A stretch of 63,994 nucleotides of DNA, the filler included, from Dirinaria sp. TL-2023a (taxonomy: Eukaryota), in assembly GCA_051941275.1 (NCBI GenBank). It is 6 parts of 6 records of this genome, joined end to end, with 100 filler letters (N's around TTAATTAATTAA, not from the genome) between each part and the next. Parts side by side here need not be neighbours in the genome. Positions count along the whole stretch, not along the records: positions 10,859 to 21,611 come from JAVEBF010000912.1; positions 21,712 to 32,441 come from JAVEBF010000913.1; 4 more parts are not named here. One strand, given 5' to 3'. Position numbers and translations under genes: made by a program. The notes beneath the pieces were generated by a model that did not search any database, was not told the origin of the DNA, and was given only the letters and a program-made list of their open reading frames with translations. Below, in pieces: positions 11,753-23,899 of the stretch. Positions within the stretch are counted from its first letter, which is position 1; each line of letters begins with the position of its first letter.

Positions 11753-14700
11753 ATGACACAGCCAAGCATGGGTTCTCAGGGTGGCGTGGTCGACTCGGTT
11801 GGATCCGTCAAAAGAGAAGGGTCGTACAAGAGTCCACCCTCCTCGGTGTCGGACAACTCGCAACACGATGGGGAAGATTCGAGAGGTCGAAGGCAAGACC
11901 GCGAGCGTAGCATGACGGCGAAAGCGGATGATGATAGCCCAGACGGAAAAGAAGGTGGGACGGGGCAACCGAATGGCAAGGCTAGGAAGCGAAAACGGAG
12001 CAGGAAGGGCTTAGACAAGAACTTCCCCTGTCCAGAGAAAGGGTGTGGTAAAAGTTATTCGCGGGCAGAGCATCTCTACCGCCATCAATTAAACCGTAAG
12101 CCAACATTGTTGACAAGAATGTGACGTTTCGATTTTCTCACACAGCCGTAGATACGCCCAAAAAAATCTACACCTGTGACTTTCCCAGTTGCAATCGCCA
12201 GTTCGTACGGCAGGATCTCTGCACACGGCATAGGGAACGGCATACAGCCCGCGGCTCACATTTGCAGCGAAAAGAGCCTCCTTCACACGACTTGGATGGA
12301 CGACCAATATCGGGATCTCCAATTGCGGGTTATTACGAATCTCCGACTTCTCAGTTCAGACCGTTGGCTGATGTCAATGGTGGAAGTCTCCCGAGAGTGG
12401 GTCAAACAACCCTTCCAAGCTTTACCTCGCCGATGGGAGCTGTATCGATGGCAGGCCGCATGCCAGAGCCTCAACCACGTTCTCATAGTAGCGCTTCGAT
12501 TAATACCCACATAAGATCTCCGACCATGTACCAAAGTCCGACGGCCGGATACGCGTCAGCTACTTCTCTCCATAGATCCAATAGCGACGAGAGCCATTAT
12601 TCAAATGCCATGTACAAAAGCTATGACTCTTCGACTCCAGCCAGAAGCGCACCCACTTCAAATTACGATATGAATTACAGGGCCAGCACTTCGGATCAAT
12701 TTGATAGCAGGCCTCACCATTCGTCTCGTCCGGACATCTACCCATCACGTGCAAATTCCTATACCTTGAATGGCTCGCAGACGTGGGCCACGTCTGCCAA
12801 TGGATCTCACCACACTACTACCTCTCAACCATACAACGGCCAGTTCCCCGGACAAACCGGGGTCGCATCGAGTTCATACATAGCTAACCAGAACCTTCCC
12901 TCACACTCATCGTCTCTGCCACCCCCATTGTTCCCCTCTGCAACCTCGACTACGTCCCGACCATCACATATGGGCATGTCTACATCCGCCAGTACCCCGA
13001 CTGCTGCGGAAAACACCACCGGCATGGGCAGTTCGCATGCACAGAATTTTGATATAAGTATGTCAACCATTCCATACGCTGGATCTGCATACCCCGCCGA
13101 TAGCCAAAGCCGTTCACCGTACGCTACTGCCGATGACTTTACTGCGTGGCTCTTTAGCGATCCAAATCTCAACAGTGCGTTGCCTAATGACCTCCTTCCG
13201 GGCGCCTTGTTTCCTGCCACCACCCCTTACTTGGGAGACCCGAAAGCTATGTCAGGCGTTCAGTATGGCGACGATGACACACCGTTGAATGCACAATATG
13301 TGCATGCCTTACCGCCGGAGCATCCCATGGCTGTGAACAGTATCCTAGATGCCGGACAGTCTCCAACTATATTGTCAGAGGAGAAACGGATGCAGCTTCT
13401 GGACCTGATCACTCACCGTTTTAATGAGACCGAGCATGCACCTGTCAGGAAGCAAAAACAATCTCTACTTGACGGCGATATGGAAGACGAAAGCCACGTG
13501 CTGAGTCTCCGGATGATGAAAACATACATCGGATCTTACTGGTCTCACTTCCACCCACAAATGCCGATTTTGCATAAGCCGACTTTCTCTGCTGATAGAA
13601 CGCCGAACCTTTTGCTCATAGCTGTCATTGCTGTAGGAGCTTCCTGCTTGGAGCCGGGCCATGGACACAAGCTCACACAGCAAGGCGCAGAGCTTTCCAA
13701 TTTCCTTGCGTGGCACCTTCGCGGCGAAGTATTTAAGGAGAAAGACTTTACGCCCCCGGCAAAGTTGTGGGTGTTCCAGGCGCTTCTCTTACTTGAAGTG
13801 TACGAGAAGATGTATTCCACTAGAATATTGCACGAGCGTGCACATGTGTTCCACGGCACCACCCTGACGCTGATTCGGCGTGGCAGCTCACTCATTGGAC
13901 GGTCGCCGCTTGACTCGCCGCCAATGAGCAAAGAAGAGAACATGAGCATCAACACGAATGGCGAGCAGCAGGAATCTGCAAGTGGTACCCCTGATCGGTG
14001 GTGGAATCACTGGATTACGAACGAAGCGACAAGAAGGACCGCTTTCGCTGCCTTTATCATTGATTCTCTTCATGCGACCATGTTTGGGCATGGGATTACT
14101 ATGGTAGCTCATGAGATGAAACTGCAACTGCCTTGCGATGAATCGCTCTGGTCTGCCACAAGCAGTGGCGATGTGAGTCGCATCGAAGCCAACCTTGCTG
14201 CTTGTGGAGTCAAGCCGATCACCTTTTTCGAAGGATTGAAACTCACCTTGACTGGCAAATCTGTACGTACCAACTCTTTCGGTCGTACGGCTTTAATGGC
14301 GGGTCTGCTCAATGTCACCTGGCATATGAACCAAAGGGATGTCCAAGTTCGTACACTGGGCGCTTCACAGGCTCTGGGAGGTAGGGCGAGGTGGCGAAGT
14401 GCTCTCACAAAAGCTTTCGATTTCTGGAAGAACGACTTTGAGCAAAGCAGTGAAAAAGGCTCGGGCACAACCAACGGGTTGTATCAACTCCCAGGCCGCC
14501 TCGACGAAGAGAACATATTTGAGAGCAAAACGGTACTGCACCACCTTGCACACATGGCGATGCACGTGGACGTTGTAAGCTGTCAGATCTTCGCGAATGC
14601 AAAGCGGCTGCTCGGTCGCACGACGCTGCCCACTGATTTCTCCCGAGCGCAAACAAGGATCAGAGAACACTGGGCACCCAAGGCCAGCGCGCGTGATGCA

Positions 14701-15111
14701 ACGTTCTACTCGCTGAAGTTCCTGCAAAAAGTGCTCCTGCAAGAGCCGATGAATTACCCCAACGAGACTTCGGGTTACTCGGCAAGGGACGATTTCCTGC
14801 TCAACCGGCCTTGGGTGCTATATTTTGCGACGTTGATTGTATGGGCGTACGGGTATGCTTTGGATGGCCCGATCAAGTCTCCACCTGATCTGAGCACGGC
14901 AGAGCAGCAACTGTACGACATGCGGCACTATCTGACGCGAGTGGGAGGAATTGAAGCTCCCGACGATCTTGCTAATCTGCAAGATCGGAACCAATGCATG
15001 GGCATGCTGTACGTGTTGCGGGACATGTTCAAAAAATGCCGATGGGAGTTGTTGCACGAAGCGGGGGATCTCCTGAACAATTGTATAGAGATGCTGAGAG
15101 CGACTTCTTGA
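11753..15111 (+). CDS. C2H2 zinc-finger transcription factor with fungal-specific TF domain (yeast YPR022C/Sdd4-like); exons 11753-12095 and 12152-15111
   Basis: Finger 1 CPEKGCGKSYSRAEHLYRHQLN|H is completed across intron 12096-12151 (GTAAGC..TAG). Finger 2 is CDFPSCNRQFVRQDLCTRHRERH. A basic NLS (RKRKRSRK) precedes them. Fungal_trans motifs: YWSHFHPQMPILHKPTF, EATRRTAFAAFIID, LPCDESLW. Confidence 0.9.
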
Positions 15112-15571
15112 GCATGGGTTGTGAGCGTTTGCACGGGGCGGCTATTATCATTTCATGAATGATACCCAGGGCGTCAATCGGTTGAGCAGGAGCGGTGCAA
15201 CAATGATACTCTGCATTACGTAGAACGCATACAGTAAATTATCTTATAACACACATGAGACGCAACAATGATTCCCTTGCCTCTTCTTTGATGAGATGGC
15301 AATTCGACGATCGGAATTGCTGGCTTCAGCAATCTATGGGGTGTTGAAAGTTGAATCGAACAGTGTACGATCTTTCCAACCCCTGAGGTAAGAAGCGGCT
15401 CTGCAGGTTAAACACCACCAGTACCGAGGTAGGAATACCTTAAGGTAGCTGGCTCAGGTACAGTAAAGTATGTAGGTACCTTACTTTATCAGTAAGCTAC
15501 TGTGGTGTTGAGGGTTGCTGTAGCCAACGCGTCCATACGCTATTAACGGGATGACCCGAGGGCTCATGCGA

Positions 15572-15636
15572 GCCAGGCTGAGGCGAGCCAGGGAGCCAAG
15601 GAGCCAAGGCTCGCCAAGTTTCAGCAGCTCGCCAGG
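15572..15636 (+). promoter_or_regulatory. Array of six same-orientation GCCARG (PacC/Rim101 consensus) motifs upstream of LEU1
   Basis: GCCAGG at 15572, 15587 and 15631. GCCAAG at 15595, 15603 and 15613. Confidence 0.45.
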
Positions 15637-15645
15637 CCCGAGAGT

Positions 15646-15655
15646 CCGATACCGG
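15646..15655. promoter_or_regulatory. Leu3/LeuB-type binding site CCG-N4-CGG (CCGATACCGG)
   Basis: Matches the established Leu3/LeuB everted-repeat consensus and sits about 190 nt upstream of the LEU1 ATG, an expected target. Confidence 0.7.
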
Positions 15656-15841
15656 AGATCCCCTCCGTCCCGCCAAAGGAACTGTAAATAAGGATGTAAA
15701 GTAGAGTAATGTATGAGGGAAATGTGAGGAGAGCAATTTACTTTACTTTCTGCACCTTGTGCTTCCTGCTTCAATTGTGCTATATCGATTTCGACCGCCT
15801 TTCGAAGAATTTACGGTTCCCCAGTAAGAAGAGAAGCGAAG

Positions 15842-18326
15842 ATGCCTTCCGCAATCCCAAAACCGCGTACGTTGTACGACAAGGTCCTTCAGGCCCATGT
15901 CGTAGATGAACGCGACGATGGCACCATTTTGCTCTACATTGGTATGTGAAAGTCCGCATATCCGATCGTATCTACATCTGACGACTTCCAGACCGCCACC
16001 TGGTGCATGAAGTCACCTCGCCAGTAAGTCCTACCGACGCTTCCATGAACATTGGTCTAAGTAATATACTGTACTAACATATTCGCTAGCAAGCTTTCGA
16101 AGGCCTACGAAATACGGGGCGAAGAGTGCGGCGGCCAGACTGCACGCTAGCTACCACAGATCATGTATGGTAGACCCATCAAGAGCGCCTCTTCTTGACG
16201 TTGCTGACCCGTGGCAGAATGTACCGACTACGCCACGCAAGAACTTCAAAAACGTGGAGCAGTTCGTGGAAGAGGCAGACTCGCGCACCCAATGCATGAC
16301 ACTCGAAGAAAACGTGAAGGCTTTTGGTCTTACGTATTTCGGCCTGGGAGACAAGCGACAGGGTATCGTGCATATTATCGGTCCAGAGCAGGGCTTTACC
16401 CTCCCCGGGACGACGGTGGTGTGCGGAGATAGCCATACCTCTACTCATGGAGCGTTCGGCTCATTGGCTTTTGGCATCGGAACCAGCGAAGTCGAACACG
16501 TACTCGCCACACAGACATTGATCACAAAGAGAAGCAAAAACTTCAAAATACAGGTGGATGGCGTTCTACCTCCTGGCGTCTCCAGCAAAGACATAATACT
16601 CCATGTTATAGGCGTCATTGGAACTGCAGGCGGAACTGGCGCAGTGATCGAATATTGTGGTTCCGCCATACGAGGGTTGAGCATGGAGGCCAGAATGTCA
16701 ATCTGTAACATGTCAATCGAAGCGGGTGCTAGAGCTGGTATGATTGCGCCGGATGAAACCACCTTTAAGTATTTAGAAGGAAAGCCCCTAGCGCCGAAAC
16801 CTGGGAGTTCGGAGTGGAAGAGGGCAGTAAGCTACTGGTCCAGCCTCAAATCTGATGATGGCGCCAACTTCGACAAAGAGGTATATGTCAATGCTAAAGA
16901 CATCTCTCCGACAGTCTCATGGGGGACTTCGCCGCAAGATGTTGTATCCATTGCTGGTGTTGTACCTGACCCAGAAGACTTCCCTTCCGAGGCCAAGAAA
17001 CAAAGCGCCCGCCGAGCTCTGGAGTACATGGGTCTGGAGCCGGGGACGAAAATGAAGGACATCGAGTTAGACAAGGTCTTCATTGGTTCGTGTACCAACG
17101 CGAGGATAGAGGACTTGAGAGCCGCTGCGAAGATTGTTGACGGAAAGAAAATTGCACCCAATCTGAAGCGTGCTATGGTTGTACCAGGCTCCGGGCTTGT
17201 CAAAAAGCAGGCAGAGTCTGAAGGTCTTGACAAGATCTTCAAGGATGCCGGATTCGAGTGGCGCGAAGCGGGTTGCTCGATGTGTTTGGGCATGAATCCA
17301 GACATTCTTTCGCCCAAAGAGCGATGCGCTAGCACGTCCAATCGTAATTTCGAGGGCCGCCAAGGTGCTGGCGGTAGAACTCATCTGATGTCTCCTGTCA
17401 TGGCCGCCGCGGCCGCAATTGTTGGAAAGCTGGCAGATATTCGAGAGGTGGTAGACGAAAATGCTACACCTTCAAAAGCGTCGCCCAAGGTGGAGGTCGA
17501 CGCTGCGACGTCCGATATCGATAATGATGATGACATCGAGCGGTTACTCGACCTGCCAGAAGACCAGAATGGCATCACTACGGACACTCCCAAAGCATCA
17601 GCGGGCCTACCAAAATTCACAACGTTGAAAGGTGTGGCAGCACCAATGGATCGCTCTAATGTTGATACGGATGCAATTATTCCTAAGCAGTTCCTCAAGA
17701 CAATCAAGCGAACAGGACTTGGGTCGGCCCTTTTCTACGAGCTTAGGTACAATGAAGATGGGTCAGAAAAGCCTGACTTTGTTCTCAACCAACAGCCATA
17801 TCGTAATGCAAAGATCTTGGTAGTGACAGGTCCCAATTTTGGCTGTGGTAGCTCAAGAGAGCATGCGCCGTGGGCAATGCTCGACTTCGGGATTATGTGT
17901 GTAATCGCCCCTTCATATGCAGATATCTTTTTCAACAACACATTCAAGAACGGGATGCTTCCGCTTGTGATCGAAGATCAACCGACGCTGGAAAAGATTG
18001 CCTCAGAAGCCAAAGCCGGACGAGAAATTGAGGTCGATTTGGTCAATCAGCGGGTGAATGACGCTTCTGGCCAGAAGCTTGCGGAATTTGATGTCGAAGA
18101 GTTCCGAAGACATTGCCTTATCAATGGACTTGATGATATCGGTTTGACCATGCAGTTAGAACACAAGATAAAAACCTTCGAGCATGCACGGACCATTGAT
18201 ACACCGTGGCTTGACGGAAGTGGTTATTTGAAGAGAGGGAGCCGAGACGGACCAGTCAAAGTCGAAGCCGCGCCTGTACCCAAAACCAACAGAGGTGAGC
18301 AGATCGATGAGCCACTGGAGTGGTGA
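15842..18326 (+). CDS. LEU1: 3-isopropylmalate dehydratase (fused LeuC-LeuD); exons 15842-15941, 15992-16023, 16090-16164, 16218-18326
   Basis: The spliced N-terminus reads [42 protein letters not shown]. Motifs: [14 protein letters not shown], Fe-S ligands IGSCTN and [43 protein letters not shown]. All three introns are GT-AG with CTGAC/CTAAC branch sites. Confidence 0.98.
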
Positions 18327-19868
18327 TCCAGCGGCAGATGGTGTATACTGCTGCACCGACTCAACTTTATCGGCCTACATCCCTACGCGCAGTTAGGGGT
18401 GCAGTCCCTCACCATACATATGTAAGTTGGATGAAGGGTTTTTGCTGTAAGTATCTACTGGTGGCGGACACTTCTTTTGGTGCATGTACGATATCATATG
18501 AGATACAAGAGCGCTCAGTTACTAGCATACTACGTACAGGCGCAGCGGCTAAGGGAAGACAATACGATTCTGCAATGCAAGGTAGGTTGAATGTGCTTTC
18601 TGATCTCCTCAATCTTGCGTTTTGTGCCTCTGCGATCCAGCAGAGCACGATCCTTCGGACGTTGGGGGTCAGTGGGTTACATGAACAGCATGAGATTCAG
18701 TATGATCTCGTTTTGTCCGATCGAACATATTTTTCCTTTGCCATTCCGGATCAATTCCCCCAATTGCATAGTCCTGCACCAGCGACTACTTCACGGTTAC
18801 TCTATTGGGTCCCTCCGTAACTCACAGTCGCCAATTAAAAATTGATGCTGTTTCAGCATGAAAATTGCTTTCCTCCCCCCTTAATTTACTAGGCCTAAAA
18901 GAGTAATGCATTCGGATATATGTAGGGTGAAATTCTCCATAACGGTCATTCATCATTCTTAGTCCAACCGTTGCCCAACAGCTCTGCATGTCAGCAGCAT
19001 CGTGAGACATGTGCCTTGTCCACATGAATGCTTGGCCACCCTAGAAGATTGGATCGAGGTCTGCGCCTTTACGCGCGCTTGTAACTGGTATCCACCACTG
19101 CCGACGCAAAGCTTTTCTCCAAGTCTGAACGGGGGCTAATTGCAGGCATTAGGTCTGAAAGTCTGGGGAATGGCTTGTGCTCCCTCGCGCTATTGGTGAG
19201 CGGCAATCTGGACTGCAGGAACGATATTCGAACCACCAGGGCTTATCGTTTCATCCAGATTGGACATTGCAATTACCTCTCCCGTCACTGTTCTCCCTCC
19301 ACCTTGGGCTTTGGGAACAAATGAACGTTTCGCATTCATCTCTAGCATTGCGCACGGTTACCCTTTGAGGCTTTTCACGCCCGATTTCGAACGGAAGGAT
19401 ATAGCATATCCGCTGCACCCCAGACCGAGCTATGGCTGCCCGGCGCATTTACTTACGACCACAGGATCGATGAGGGCACTGCCATCGCTAGTAGTCTTGC
19501 TCTTTCACTTGATGAACAACGCTTCAGCGGCTGTGAAAAAAAAAAAAAGAGAGTGTGTGTGTGTCGCCTTGGCTCTCCTCGCCTAGCTTATCAGCAGCAT
19601 CTTCACGAGGATATGATACTGGAGCATGCATATAAAAATGAAGCGACCCACCCCTTCACGAATCGTGAAACTCAGACACTCTTCACGATCCGTGAGATCC
19701 AAAACAGTCTTCACCCCCGACTAATGTCCCTCGGCCCCCCCAAAAAGGTCTAACTCAGACTCGACCAGCTGTCTCAATCTTTACCGCAGTCTTTGGAAAG
19801 ATCCTACGTCCAAGTGTGTTCTTGGTAGCAAAGACACTGCTGTATCATACAGTCATCATCAACTGAAA

Positions 19869-21117
19869 ATGGACCCCGAGAAGAAACCCAGCATCGGCTC
19901 GGTCAAGCATCGAGATGGCTTCAACGCCACCGCCTCCGACTCGGAGCACACATACGTCGACTCGAACGGGTACCATTTGAACGGTGACGATTCCAGCTCA
20001 GAAGCGTTGCAGAAGATCCGTACTGCGAACACTGTCAACATCAGCCCTGGTAAGCCTTTAAAACCTCCCATGAAGGTTTCTCCCTCCGCCTGTCGTCGTC
20101 GTCGGCGGCGTCGTCGTCTTGGTCGAGACCATTTTGCTCATTCAATATTACCCCTTGTTCAAACTAGAACTCTTCGAGAAACTGTACCTCAGCCCGCAGC
20201 GTGCTGTGAAAGGCGACCTGCGCTCCACCTTCGCCAATCCCACCCCCATCGGTCTACTCGGCTTCGTTTTGAGCCTCAGCCCGCTCGCGTGCACGCTGAT
20301 GGGCTGGAGAGGTGCTGGCGAGAGCGGGATTGCAGGTGTTGGGTCCTACTATTTCATCGTACGTTGCTCTTTCCCCCCTCAGTCCCAGGGTTCATAAGAC
20401 TTACGAGCTATGGCTTTTCCAGGGCGGCATGCTCATGACACTCGGCGGCCTGCTTGAGTTCTTCCTCGGCAACACCTTCTCCTTCGTCGTTTTCTGCTCC
20501 TACGGTGAGTTTCCTTTTTCTCACGCCATCGCTTCTAGATTCTCCTCTCCCCCTTTCCCTCCCAGAAAGGAAATTCCCCTCATAAGTTCAACAAACCAAA
20601 AAAAAAAAAAAAATGTAGATGTTTACTAACATCTCCCATCAAAGGCGGCTTCTGGTTCACCCTAGGCAGCACTCTAACCCCCTCCTTCAACGCCTACGGC
20701 GCCTACTCCCCCTCCGCCTCCGATCCCTCCCTAGGTCTCACCACCGCGAAATTCCACGCCAGCTACGGCTTCTTTCTGCTTTTCATGGGCCTGCTCTCCC
20801 TCATGTACCTCGTGTGCGCCTTGCGCACGAACCTGGTGTTCGTGGTGATTTTCCTGGGTCTGTTCCTCACCTTCGTGCTGCTGGCAGGCAGCTACTGGAC
20901 GCTGGCGCTGGCCGAGTCGGTCACGAGCGAGAGACTGCAGGTCGCGGCGGGGGCGTGGGGGCTCATTGCCACGATCGCCGGGTGGTGGATCTTCTTCGCG
21001 CAGATGCTGGCCAGTGTCGATTTCCCGCTGGAGTTGCCCGTGGGCGACATTAGTCACTTGATCAAGGGGCAGAGTGAGCGGAAGAAGATGAGGGGAGGGA
21101 AGAAGTTCGAGGCTTAG
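19869..21117 (+). CDS. GPR1/FUN34/YaaH-family (AlcS/Ato-like) plasma-membrane acetate/ammonia transporter; exons 19869-20049, 20168-20358, 20423-20504, 20645-21117
   Basis: Signatures ELFEKLYLSP, FANPTPIGLLGF and GLLEFFLGNTFSFVVFCSYGGFW, about six hydrophobic helices, and terminal LPVGDISH. Splice phases are consistent. TATAAAA at 19631. Confidence 0.92.
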
Positions 21118-21611
21118 AGAGGACTTTGGACATGGGTCTTCCACTGCCCTTTTTTTTCTTTCTTGTCTTCTTTGGTGGATCAAGTGGATCGACATAGGTG
21201 AAGTGGAAGAAAGTGCGCAGGGAGTAAAACAGCGAGGGAGTTCAGTTGTCTGTGGTGGTGGCTGGCCAAGAGGGGAAAAGGGTATCTACCTACCTTATCT
21301 ACTCCTGATCCACAGGGGGCGAGGAATGGAGTATGTAGTGAGTATTGAAGGGGACAAAGAACAGAGGAGAGAGAGACATGCATACAGACCATGTAAATTT
21401 AAACTAGAGAAAAAAAGCAGTCGTTTCCAAGGAACCATTTACAAGATCTCAATGTTGGTATGAGTACCTTATTCTTATGATATCCCACTAGACAATATCA
21501 AGTACATGAATCTTCCAAAATATTCACAGCCAAAACTCCAATAACTCACTGCTCCGTACCCCAGATCTCTACATACATCAACCCTACACAACAGCCCGAT
21601 CGCACATACCC

Positions 21612-21711
21612 NNNNNNNNNNNNNNNNNNNNNNNNNNNNNNNNNNNNNNNNNNNNTTAATTAATTAANNNNNNNNNNNNNNNNNNNNNNNNNNNNNNNNN
21701 NNNNNNNNNNN
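21612..21711. other. Artificial contig spacer N44-TTAATTAATTAA-N44
   Basis: Identical 100-nt spacer. Confidence 0.98.
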
Positions 21712-21871
21712 GTGATATTTGTGTTCGAAGCAATCATGTACAAATAAAGCATACATCCACAGTGCTGTACAAGCTGAGACATACCTATGTAAAAGCCCCG
21801 TAGGCCAGGTCTAGCAAGCAAGGGTCGAACAAGGTCGAACAAACTACAGAGCTGCTCGATCCGCGGTGTCG

Positions 21872-23899
21872 TTAGTATTCGAGTTGAAATCCGATGACTC
21901 GACCGCGTTCACACCACCAGGCATCCTCCTGCCACCCCAGCAGCCTCTCCATTCCTGGAATGGCATCCATGCGGCGTCTGTCCGGCCATACGATGGCCGT
22001 CTTCTTCTTCGCATCAAGCCTGTCTCTCACTGCCTCTGCGGAAAAGCGTACAGTATGATCTGGCTCAGGTTCCGTTCTCTTCATGGTCTGACCCGCACCC
22101 TGCCGTAGAGATAACTTTTCGAGTCCCGGAAAGCGGATTCTTGCATCAAAATTTATCAGGATGATGGCTTGCCCAAGGCCATCGTCTACCGAGTCTGTGA
22201 GGTAGATAAGTATGCGACCATCACTGACTGCTTCGAGACCCCTGGTTGATTGTTGAGCACGTATATGAGTGTTGAGCAGCTCCAGCAGCTGTTCGGGCGC
22301 GTCTTTCGGTGGCCAGGACTCAGGTCGACGGGACTGATAGCGCTCACTGCTTCCAGAAATGGCGACTCCATCATCATCAATCTCTGGAGGGTCAAGGCGG
22401 CCGGTGACTGGATCTATTGGAGAGCTGGGCACACGTGTGTTCATTATCAAGTGGACCGTGGGTTCGCCATTCAGGCAATTTTCATCGCTGCTTGCTACGT
22501 CTAGGGATGTAGATGCTGGTAGATTGTAGCATCGATATTTGGTCCGCAACGGATGATAATGTCTGGCCGGCCGGACTTGCATTGTTTCGTGAACACTATA
22601 GGGAAGGCGATATTGGGGAGGTAAGTATTGCGGTTTATTACTTCGATCAATAGCACCTACTAAGACGTCATCTGGTGGTAAAGCTGTCTGCGCGGTGGAA
22701 AATGCCCTGCGAGCACTGCCGGAGCTTCCTGATGCCGATAAAGCCCTTGATTCATCGTTGTCGTAGTCCGTAAACTCGAGAGGTTGGCGGTAGAAAGTAC
22801 GAGATTGTTCGCCTCGGCCTTCGAGCCACTCCTTTCGACCTTCCACAATAGTCACTAACCCAGTCTCCTCGTCCTTCTGCAGCGAGAGATCTGTCCACAG
22901 ATCGTTGATGACACCGTCACGATGCTGTCGGCGCCAGATACGTTTGTGCTGTAGGTGCTCCCTGGTTAAATTTGCTATAGGCACGCGGTAGCAGTTGTAG
23001 AAAGAAGTCCAATCGATCTCCTCTATTCCTTCTGTGTCCTGGTTCGACACCGCGTACATGTAGTCGTCAAAAAGCTCGAACGCTACAGTTTGGCCGATAT
23101 CTACACCAAAAAAACCTTCCAGCTGTAGGAGCCGTGAGGTTGTCTGGGTGGCAAAAGACCATGTGCGCAAGCCCCATTGGTGTCTATCATTCAGACTCGT
23201 TCTACCGTACTTGCCGAAGCAGAAAATTTGCGAGTTATTCCTTGCGAACACTCTCTGTGGCTCGTGGGGACCCATGGCCCAAAGGGCATGAGTCTCCATG
23301 ATTGTTGGGCTGGGAGTTGTCCGATTGCGCAGCTCATTGATGTTGATCAGCATGATGAAGTTGACCAAATTTTCCATAGGCTCGTAAAAGAAGCTTAGCA
23401 CACCAGCTTGAAAATTGAGCAGCTTTTGTGGGAACCGAGGATGTTGTTCGGGATCATGCAGCTGGTAAGTGTCTATTACCAGCTCTTTCGTGGCTGCTTT
23501 GAACACATCTAAGATACGGATGGTGCTCTTGTAGATGTAACATAAAATACCATCACGGTACGCGAAAGACGATCCATAGCCTAGCAACAAGACCGAATTG
23601 GGTTGAGCAGATGCAAGTGCTGTCCTTGTCGAATCCAATCTCCTGAGAGCAGTCGAATAGCTTGATAGACCCTCATCGGCCAACTTGGCTTCGACCGAAT
23701 ACTTGACGTTTTTCTTTGGACTTTCATAAGCTAAGTTCTTTAGTATTCCGATCTAACTTACTTGGACAACCGTCTTGCTCACACGCTCATCCTGGAGCGT
23801 AATATGCAAACGATTGTTAGTCAATTTGAGATTCCGGAAATCCTCTATGCCCAGATAGGATACGAGTTGGCTCAAGAGCTCAACCGGAAGCCGGTCCAT
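21872..23899 (-). CDS. F-box domain protein (~660 aa); exons 23899-23762 and 23713-21872
   Basis: An exon missing from the ORF track reads MDRLPVELLSQLVSYLGIEDFRNLKLTNNRL, an F-box LPxE(L/I)L pattern. A 48-nt phase-0 intron (23714-23761, GTAAGT..AAG) joins it in frame to the 603-aa ORF. Confidence 0.85.

Noticed and set aside
18320..18820. 166-aa ORF overlapping the LEU1 stop
   Set aside because: It has a GTG start, lies in the LEU1 3' UTR/terminator, and has no protein-like features.
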